This document shows, in pieces, positions 1 to 6,455 of a stretch of 20,000 nucleotides of DNA (within the stretch, counting starts at the first letter, position 1; every line of letters begins with the position of its first letter). The stretch comes from an uncultured virus (IMG/VR IMGVR_UViG_3300042268_000523) (taxonomy: Duplodnaviria > Heunggongvirae > Uroviricota > Caudoviricetes > Schitoviridae): the IMG/VR virus record IMGVR_UViG_3300042268_000523, positions 55,172 to 75,171 of that record, one strand, 5' to 3'. The translations under genes and the position numbers were made by a program. The notes under the pieces are model-generated. The model worked only from the letters and a program-made list of their open reading frames with translations. It searched no databases and was not told the DNA's origin.

Positions 1-423
1 TCCTTTCATTGCAATCCAAACCAAAGGTAGATGAGCATTAAAACCCCGGGGCCGGGTATCGATATGGAACATAATCCAAGGTAGCCCATCTGGACCCCGG
101 GTATCTAAATACACTCCAATGCCATTGAACAATTTGGAACTGATTAAGGTTTGGTATGTATCAATTGGAATTCCTTCGCAAAAAACATCTACAGCAGTCG
201 ATTTGCGGACAGGTTGATATGCACTGGTACCAATGTAATGCTGTGAGCCTGGATTGCCGTCTAAACGAGCCAGAGCACCTTTAACGGGCGAAGGATAAAT
301 ACGTTGATTTAATAGCTTTCTAAACTGATCTAAAGCCATAATAGTTTTTGGATCAGCTAAGTAGGTAGGATCTTCAGAAAACTCATTGGCATTGAAGTAT
401 TGTATGGCAGACCAATCAATCAT
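1..423 (-). CDS. Endolysin, peptidase M15A/YcbK-like Zn peptidoglycan peptidase (3'-truncated by window edge)
   Basis: Translated by hand from ATG at 423 (ATGA overlap with the stop of 420..794), open to position 1: MIDWSAIQYFNANEFSEDP...ALDQFRKLLNQRIYPSP...ARLDGNPGSQHYIG...STAVDVF...LFNGIGVYLDT...MFHIDTRPRG. YFxxxEF, SxH...AxD, GIGxY and HIDxR are characteristic of M15A/YcbK-type peptidases. Confidence 0.85.
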   Translation of the reverse strand, partial: MIDWSAIQYFNANEFSEDPTYLADPKTIMALDQFRKLLNQRIYPSPVKGALARLDGNPGSQHYIGTSAYQPVRKSTAVDVFCEGIPIDTYQTLISSKLFNGIGVYLDTRGPDGLPWIMFHIDTRPRGFNAHLPLVWIAMKG

Positions 424-794
424 GCGTTTATTCCATTAAAATACTTTTCAAATAACCGATCATATCTGGCCTGGCAAGCTGCCCTGTTCTCTTTACATGT
501 AGCCAAGATATCATCCTCTTTTTTGATTCGAGCAGCTAGTTCTTTATCCATGTATTTATCCAATACATTTTCAAAGCGTACTGCTAGTTTTTCAATATCT
601 AAATTCAAAGCTGCACGTAAACTTTGTAAATCTTGGTGTTTGGGTAATGCCCTATAAATCACCCCGATAAGAATCAGTATAGTAGCCTGTAGAACCAAAA
701 ATGATACACCACCTACTGTTGCCAGCATAGGCCAATCAGCAGCACCTGTTAAAGTGTAATGCCGCATGGGAGCTTCGAGCATAACAGGATCCAT
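420..794 (-). CDS. Single-TM membrane protein with helical/coiled-coil tail; holin-like or spanin-like lysis accessory
   Basis: SD AGAGG upstream; hydrophobic stretch VGGVSFLVLQATILILIGVIY followed by a charged helical region with CxxxxxxC; translationally coupled to the endolysin. Function is inferred from context only. Confidence 0.55.
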   Translation of the reverse strand: MDPVMLEAPMRHYTLTGAADWPMLATVGGVSFLVLQATILILIGVIYRALPKHQDLQSLRAALNLDIEKLAVRFENVLDKYMDKELAARIKKEDDILATCKENRAACQARYDRLFEKYFNGINA

Positions 795-809
795 TTTAAC
801 CTCTTTGGT

Positions 810-1178
810 TTAAAGGTGATTTTTCAAGAGCATTACAGAGATTCGCAAAGCAGCTATAGTCTGGGTATACTGTCCAACATTTACTTTTGAAACAATCGAT
901 AACAGGGTATCTGCATGTTGTGCCAGAGCCATTAATGCATCTGCACTGTCAGGGGTAGCTCGAAGAACCATAACGGTGGTGAGGTAGTTTCTTTCGAGTT
1001 CTGCAAGGGTTTGAATAGTCCCGGGAGATAGAGATTGTTGCACCATGGGATCAGTCAGAATTGTTTTCGCATCCAGGTAGATAACATTAGCTGTTTTCAA
1101 TACCCTTTCTTTCTCCGTGCAAGAAGATACACAGAGAACTGATAAACCAATAAGCAATAAGACCAATAGTTTTTTCAT
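810..1178 (-). CDS. Lipoprotein (signal peptidase II lipobox), probable outer-membrane lysis accessory
   Basis: Start moved to ATG at 1178 (SD AAAGGA upstream): MKKLLVLLLIGLSVLCVSS-C, lipobox VSSC; +2 residue is Thr (not Asp); mature part looks helical/amphipathic. Confidence 0.7.
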   Translation of the reverse strand: MKKLLVLLLIGLSVLCVSSCTEKERVLKTANVIYLDAKTILTDPMVQQSLSPGTIQTLAELERNYLTTVMVLRATPDSADALMALAQHADTLLSIVSKVNVGQYTQTIAALRISVMLLKNHL

Positions 1179-1194
1179 CACATTTCCTTTCTGG

Positions 1195-1629
1195 TTACAG
1201 GTCATAATAAAAGAATTCACCTAAATTATTTACAGCAGAATAGTATACAAAAGCTGCAATCATTCTGCTTCTTAATACCAATCTTTTAAAGAAGCCTTGT
1301 TTAGTTTTTGTAAACCAGGTCCAAATGATTCGTTGCATATTATTTCGAAAGAGCTTATTGGAAAGGGTAAAGCCTGCTCGATCATCCCAAACTGCAAAAC
1401 ACCAATCATGGATTTCACAAGCCGGCCGAATAGGTAAGCCAAAAATTTTATCTGGAATGAGCCAATCTAAAACACCTCTGGGACCACAACCATTAATGAT
1501 CTCTTCCCGATCTTCAATAGTCGCAGCCCAGAAGCTGTTTGGTGCTGACAGATAATATCCCTTATATAATTGTTGGGAAATCTCATCTGTGGCTGAATTA
1601 ACAAAAAGGCTTTCAATTCGTGTAATCAT
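1195..1629 (-). CDS. Phospholipase A2-like / DUF1353-like HD-motif protein
   Basis: NGCGP...P...ACEIHDWCF...SNKLFRNNM...YYSAV..LG pattern matches the NGCG / CxxHDxC[YF] / xDxxF layout of prokaryotic and group XII-type PLA2 and DUF1353 proteins; SD AGGA; no signal peptide. Confidence 0.6.
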   Translation of the reverse strand: MITRIESLFVNSATDEISQQLYKGYYLSAPNSFWAATIEDREEIINGCGPRGVLDWLIPDKIFGLPIRPACEIHDWCFAVWDDRAGFTLSNKLFRNNMQRIIWTWFTKTKQGFFKRLVLRSRMIAAFVYYSAVNNLGEFFYYDL

Positions 1630-1644
1630 TTGAATCCTGTTGAA

Positions 1645-2172
1645 TTAAGCCGGCCAACCGGTATTAATATCAATTGCATTCAATGCTTCGATTGTTGCTG
1701 CTGCACTGATTTGAGCTTTCAGAGTCCAGGCATAAGATACAATCTGGTCGCCACGAGTCTTCAAGAACTGGCCCATATCTATGATATCCTGGGCTGTCAG
1801 GGTTTTCAGGTTGTTGGATACCGGCATGAAATACATGGTGTCTTCCGGATTCTTGTTCATGGCATCGATGACCAGATCCTGGATATTCTGTCGGTCGGTT
1901 TCATCTCGCATCTGGATGCCGTCTGGTTCTGTGTCTCCTGGGAAGGTGTAGGGGATGGAGTCCATGTAGATTTTGGAGTAGCGGATCTCATTGATTTGTA
2001 TGTTTAGTAGTTCTTTAGGTGTGGAATAAGGAAACAATTCCCCATTTTTTATATAATATTTATCAATATCGTCGATTGTAAAATATTCTGGGGCAGTGAT
2101 ATACGTCATTGGTCCTGTATAATTATCTGTTGCAGTCCCTACAATCTGTTGTTCATGAATAAGTATTTTCAT
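1645..2172 (-). CDS. Tail fibre assembly/chaperone-like protein (DUF4376-like C-terminal domain)
   Basis: C-terminal ...LTAQDIIDMG...AWTLKAQISAAATIEALNAIDINTGWPA is typical of DUF4376/tail-assembly proteins; SD GGAG; lies downstream of the tail fibre. Confidence 0.65.
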   Translation of the reverse strand: MKILIHEQQIVGTATDNYTGPMTYITAPEYFTIDDIDKYYIKNGELFPYSTPKELLNIQINEIRYSKIYMDSIPYTFPGDTEPDGIQMRDETDRQNIQDLVIDAMNKNPEDTMYFMPVSNNLKTLTAQDIIDMGQFLKTRGDQIVSYAWTLKAQISAAATIEALNAIDINTGWPA

Positions 2173-2174
2173 AA

Positions 2175-2945
2175 TTAAGGCTCCACGTGTATTAAGCGAC
2201 TTAGGCGCACATAGCTACTCGTACCTCCGAGGGTGCGTTTAGTCTTAAACCCTTGTCCTTGATAATATACAGGTTGCAATATCTCGAACCAGCCAACTAC
2301 AATCATTTCATTAAGGCCCGACCCATCTACAAATGTAAATGACTGATCCTCAGCGGAGTAGTTACTCATCGCCCATTGAAGAACAACACATTTTCTTGTC
2401 GTATGAGTTCCCCATTGATCTAACTGTACCGGTCCCGTATTGGCATCCTCACAATAAGCATCCAAGGCTGTTCGCATAGTCGGATTTTGTGCGAAACTTG
2501 GGAATGCCCGGCTATTATTATATAATAAGAGTTTATTATCCCATTGCGTTGCTCCAAACCAGGATGACATAACTGTTGCCGAATTTGCTATACTTTCTAT
2601 AGCCGCTTCAGAACTTAATACAGCGTCGAACATATCAGGCAAAGCCAATATTTCTGCTGCAACGGCTGGTATATTAACCAGCGCGTCCATCGCAAAACGT
2701 GATTGTGTCCAGATTTTGCGTGCGTGGGCGGAATTAAATATCATACCTCTTGCCAAGGCGGAATTTGCTATAATACTTCTAGTTAAACTTGTTGCTATCA
2801 TTCTTTGGCTTTGACCTGGTAATTCTAACAATACCTCAAAATCAGACTTCCTTCCGAGATCTGCTAAAAGAATGTCCAATTCTGCTCCTGTTATTGCCCC
2901 ATCTTCTATGGCGTTTAATAAACGCCAGGCCCGTACCATCGGCAT
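2175..2945 (-). CDS. Tail-fibre-associated hypothetical protein with degenerate helical (A/I)xxIANS-type repeats
   Basis: ORF of ~256 aa; SD AAGGA fits the second ATG (2945, MPMV) better than 2951; degenerate repeats such as SIIANSALA, AVLSSEAA, SIANSATV; sits between tail fibre and assembly gene. Confidence 0.6.
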   Translation of the reverse strand: MPMVRAWRLLNAIEDGAITGAELDILLADLGRKSDFEVLLELPGQSQRMIATSLTRSIIANSALARGMIFNSAHARKIWTQSRFAMDALVNIPAVAAEILALPDMFDAVLSSEAAIESIANSATVMSSWFGATQWDNKLLLYNNSRAFPSFAQNPTMRTALDAYCEDANTGPVQLDQWGTHTTRKCVVLQWAMSNYSAEDQSFTFVDGSGLNEMIVVGWFEILQPVYYQGQGFKTKRTLGGTSSYVRLSRLIHVEP

Positions 2946-2963
2946 GATCATTTTCCTTATTTT

Positions 2964-5900
2964 TTAAGTGTGTTTTACAACCATTATAGACCAAGTATCT
3001 TGCGCCCCTGAATTTACAGTCCGCGTAGCTGTGGACGAATTAATAATCATAATCGTAACGGTATCTATAGCCGAAACCCAAGCGTAATAGCTTAATGACC
3101 CTGCGTTAACTTCTCCCGGTGCGACACATAAAAATGAAGGAGGAGATGTGATCACGGCATCTCCAGGAACTGCGCCAGCTATGGTGGCCGTAAAACTAGC
3201 TCCATGTTGGGATGCTACAGAGGCTATATTACAATTAGCGGTTCCAAAAAGAAATTTAGTAAGAACAGTATCACGCCACTCATTATCCGGTAGTTGCCAC
3301 GCATACACCAAGTCCCAATGCACAGCTTCCAGTATCCATTTTCCAGTTGTAGTAGCGAAACAGCTTTCATCATCATCTGGTTCATCTGAATTAGTCGTAA
3401 AAATAAAAAGGCCCAGGCCCCGTACTATAGCACTGTCATGTTCAGTAGCATCAGCAGAACGAAGTTGCGCTCTATCGGCATACTCTAAGATTAGAGAAAT
3501 ACCATTGCTACTGCCTGTTTCTATAGTTACCGGTACCCAAGCTGATCCGTTCCATGCCGGCACTTGCCCAGGTGTAGCGGACTTCTGATCCCAATTCGCC
3601 ATGTCCGTAGCATCTTCGTTTGGAACATTATCAAGACCCACATTAGCGGCTGTCGTACCAGAACGAATGACTGCTACAGTCGTAGTTGCTGCATCAGATA
3701 AACCAAGATTTGTTCGAGCCGTTGCTGCATTGTTTAGATCTGACAAGTTACTGGCAATTTTTAGTTGAGCGTCGTTGGTGACGTTTGCCAATCCTATATC
3801 TGATTTTGTGACACTATGAGGATTACCGGTGGTTGTCCCTATATGCGTATCCAGATTCCCCTGGACAGTCGCCGCTGAACCGGCAGGGTCATTGCGTGTG
3901 TCCCTATTGGTCGGAGCAGGGTGGTCAGCTTCATGCGTAGAAACAGCTCCTGCGGCTGTCCCAGAGGCATCATATAATCCTGCATGATCTCCCCAGCCAT
4001 ATGCCGTATCCCAATTGGTGATCTTTACTGTTGTGACAGCACTGGCTTCATGATCAGAAGCCAAAGCACCAACATCTAAAGCTGTTAAAATAATATCAGC
4101 AGAAAGGGCTTTGGTATTTACTGTCCTGGTAGCAGGAACCGCATCGGTAATTCCATATCCCAAAAGAGTAGTAGGTAATGCACTCAATTCTGAGAAATCA
4201 TAAGCCGGCTTCGTAGCTTCTTTTGCCCAGGCAGCAACATCAGAAGCAGGTCTGGCATCCGACAGCCGACTGTCACTGGTATCAATCAGAGTAGCATCAG
4301 AAATTTTGGCATTCAGTTCAGCCAAAGTTGCAGCAGTATGGTCTGCACTCCCTAACCCATGGGCTTGATCATGGATCTTTGCCTTTTCAGCATCCGTTAC
4401 AAAACGATTAGTGGCATCTTGAGCAATGATACTTGGATCATGAGTAGCTGGATGAACATAAGCATTTGCATCTGAAGGAGCATGAGCAGATTCAATATGA
4501 GACTTAATATCTGCGGCAGTTACTGGATTGGTTCCTCCAAAATCCAAAGAAGTATCAGTATTCTGCGTATGGATCTTGGAGATTTCACTATCGGCTACCA
4601 ATGAATGGTCTGCAATGGCATCCACTTTGGTATCAATACCATGCGCATTTGTGGTATTGCCCGTATGCGTATCCAGGTTGCCTTGAACTGTCGCTGCTGC
4701 CCCTGCAACTTCATTGCGGGTATCCCTATCAGTTGGAGCAGGATGGGTCGTAAGATGCGTTTTCAGAGCTGCAGCGGTAACTTCATTTGCACCACCCGAA
4801 TCAAGAGCACTGTCAGAATTTTGAGTATGAATTTTAGCGATTTCTGTATCCGCCACTAACGAAGAACCTGCTACTACATCAACTTTCGTATCGATACCGT
4901 GTGCATCGGTCGTGTTACCCGTATGGGTGTCTAAATTTCCCTGTACTGTTGCAGCAGCACCTGCAACCTCATTACGAGTGTCTCGGTCAGTAGGAGCTGG
5001 ATGAGTGCCTGTATGCGTGTCTAAATTACTTTGAACCGTTGCCGCTGAACCAGCAGCATCAAAATCAGATGAACTGATGCCTGAGTCTTTAAGATTTTTA
5101 CCAGTTGTATCAGAGAAGGCTACAAAGTTATCTGTAACGCTGCTGGCGGGTCCAAGGGTGTCACCCGAACCTAAACCATCAGTACCTTTCTGAGCCAAAT
5201 AATCCCAATCGGTAGCTACTGCGGAAGGCTCTTCTGAAGTAGTTGTATTAGCAATCCAAGAAGAACCAGTATGAGCAACAGCATCATTTTTTTGATAAGT
5301 GCCTGCTACCCAATCACCTTGCCACTGATCCCAGGGATCTCCTTGAGGACCGGTATCGCCAGTTTCCCCTTGAATACCTTGGATTCCCTGTATACCCTGA
5401 ATGCCTTGCGGACCTACTTCTCCTTGTTCACCCTGCAATCCTTGTTCGCCTTGTGGTCCAACTAAGGAAGCTAACCATGCAGCCTCATCACCAACAAAAC
5501 CATTCGTTACAGCAACCTCGTAAGCTGAATCCCCTTCTTCACCTTGCGGGCCAGTTAAACCAATTTCACCTTGTGGACCAACTTCTCCTTGAATACCCTG
5601 GATACCTTGAATACCTTGTGGACCAACCAAAGAGGCCAACCATGCAGTCTCATCTCCTACAAAGCCATTTGCAACTGCCTCTTCATAAGCAGATAAGCCA
5701 GTGTCTCCCTGCGGACCTGTTTCACCCTGTATTCCTTGGATACCTTGAATGCCCTGGGGTCCAACCAACGAATCGAGCCAATCACTTTCAGTTCCAACAA
5801 AACCATTGGCTACGGCTTCTTCATAGGCTGAAAGACCAGTATCACCTTGTGGACCTGCCGGCCCTGTAGCTCCAGTTTCCCCTTGCAATCCTCGGGGTCC

Positions 5901-6074
5901 AGTTTCTCCTTGGATCCCCTGCTCTCCCTGAATACCTTGCGGACCTTGAGGTCCAGTAGCTCCTGTTTCGCCCTGGATCCCTTGTATTCCCTGATCCCCG
6001 GTATCACCTTTTGGTCCCTGTGGACCTGTCTGTAAAACAGTTGTTAATTGCAATACGCCGGAAGAACTATCCAT
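2964..6074 (-). CDS. Long tail fibre / collagen-like fibre protein
   Basis: SD GGAGG; N-terminal Gly-X-Y collagen runs; WQGDW..GTY..ND.V.H.GSSW module; fibre motifs PTTLLGYGITDA, NPHSVTKSDIGLANVTND, SNLSDLNNAATARTNLGL; His-containing repeats; distinct C-terminal tip domain. Confidence 0.88.
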   Translation of the reverse strand: MDSSSGVLQLTTVLQTGPQGPKGDTGDQGIQGIQGETGATGPQGPQGIQGEQGIQGETGPRGLQGETGATGPAGPQGDTGLSAYEEAVANGFVGTESDWLDSLVGPQGIQGIQGIQGETGPQGDTGLSAYEEAVANGFVGDETAWLASLVGPQGIQGIQGIQGEVGPQGEIGLTGPQGEEGDSAYEVAVTNGFVGDEAAWLASLVGPQGEQGLQGEQGEVGPQGIQGIQGIQGIQGETGDTGPQGDPWDQWQGDWVAGTYQKNDAVAHTGSSWIANTTTSEEPSAVATDWDYLAQKGTDGLGSGDTLGPASSVTDNFVAFSDTTGKNLKDSGISSSDFDAAGSAATVQSNLDTHTGTHPAPTDRDTRNEVAGAAATVQGNLDTHTGNTTDAHGIDTKVDVVAGSSLVADTEIAKIHTQNSDSALDSGGANEVTAAALKTHLTTHPAPTDRDTRNEVAGAAATVQGNLDTHTGNTTNAHGIDTKVDAIADHSLVADSEISKIHTQNTDTSLDFGGTNPVTAADIKSHIESAHAPSDANAYVHPATHDPSIIAQDATNRFVTDAEKAKIHDQAHGLGSADHTAATLAELNAKISDATLIDTSDSRLSDARPASDVAAWAKEATKPAYDFSELSALPTTLLGYGITDAVPATRTVNTKALSADIILTALDVGALASDHEASAVTTVKITNWDTAYGWGDHAGLYDASGTAAGAVSTHEADHPAPTNRDTRNDPAGSAATVQGNLDTHIGTTTGNPHSVTKSDIGLANVTNDAQLKIASNLSDLNNAATARTNLGLSDAATTTVAVIRSGTTAANVGLDNVPNEDATDMANWDQKSATPGQVPAWNGSAWVPVTIETGSSNGISLILEYADRAQLRSADATEHDSAIVRGLGLFIFTTNSDEPDDDESCFATTTGKWILEAVHWDLVYAWQLPDNEWRDTVLTKFLFGTANCNIASVASQHGASFTATIAGAVPGDAVITSPPSFLCVAPGEVNAGSLSYYAWVSAIDTVTIMIINSSTATRTVNSGAQDTWSIMVVKHT
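4620..5006 (-). repeat. Internal tail-fibre duplication with 258-nt (86-aa) period; 43-aa cores at 4620..4748 and 4878..5006
   Basis: THPAPTDRDTRNEVAGAAATVQGNLDTHTGNTT[D/N]AHGIDTKVD occurs twice (42/43 identical); a third, more diverged copy lies near 3815..3925. Confidence 0.92.
5334..6026 (-). repeat. Collagen Gly-X-Y repeats interrupted by three SAYExAVxNGFVGxExxWLxSLV modules
   Basis: Directly visible in the translation (GPQ, GIQ, GET triplets) and as CCTTG/GGACC-rich periodic DNA. Confidence 0.92.
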
Positions 6075-6387
6075 AGGTCACATCCTCCAAAACCTCTATA
6101 GTATAAGTCTCTGTACTGATTACACGGCCAGACAAATCAGTGTATTCAATATCAGATTGAAGCTCGCCTCTGGGCCAATCAGTTGTATCGGCACAAGCTA
6201 ATCGAAATGTCCCAGCAGCAGCATCAATAGCTGTAAAAACCAAATCAGCAACCAATGTTTTACGTCTGCGTACCTGACTCCGAACAGTCCAACCAGTCAT
6301 ATCTAAAGGGGTAGTTCCATCTGATTCCGTCAATGCGAAATCCAAAGTAAAGGTATCCCCTCGTTTCACACTAATACTTGTTGCCAT
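6067..6387 (-). CDS. Tail fibre adaptor, BppU N-terminal-like beta-sandwich protein
   Basis: KRGDTF...DGTTPLDMTGWTVRSQVR...DAAAGTFRL...DIEYTD.SGRV..TET..IEV..DVT pattern typical of BppU_N-like phage fibre attachment domains; SD GAGGTG; 8-nt overlap with the fibre gene. Confidence 0.7.
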   Translation of the reverse strand: MATSISVKRGDTFTLDFALTESDGTTPLDMTGWTVRSQVRRRKTLVADLVFTAIDAAAGTFRLACADTTDWPRGELQSDIEYTDLSGRVISTETYTIEVLEDVTYG

Positions 6388-6396
6388 GAATCACCT

Positions 6397-6438
6397 CTAC
6401 ATTCCTTTGGGTATAAACCACATTGACTTAATCCACAT
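6397..6438 (-). CDS. Putative 13-aa mini-ORF MWIKSMWFIPKGM
   Basis: Strong SD GAGGAG 7 nt upstream of ATG (6438); TAG stop overlaps the SD of the next gene; fills the intergenic gap. Confidence 0.4.
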   Translation of the reverse strand: MWIKSMWFIPKGM

Positions 6439-6455
6439 CAAACTACTCCTCAGAA

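Noticed and set aside
43..110. CCCCGGGG palindrome and repeated CCGGGTATC
   Set aside because: Inside the endolysin CDS; reflects the repeated DTR peptide.
1179..1220. Longer start (1220) for the lipoprotein
   Set aside because: The SD and signal-peptide structure fit the ATG at 1178.
2175..5006. Diversity-generating retroelement or invertible tail-fibre switch
   Set aside because: No reverse transcriptase or recombinase; repeat differences are synonymous third-position changes rather than adenine-specific; no inverted repeats seen.
5334..6026. CRISPR-like periodic DNA
   Set aside because: Periodicity is fully explained by collagen Gly-X-Y coding.
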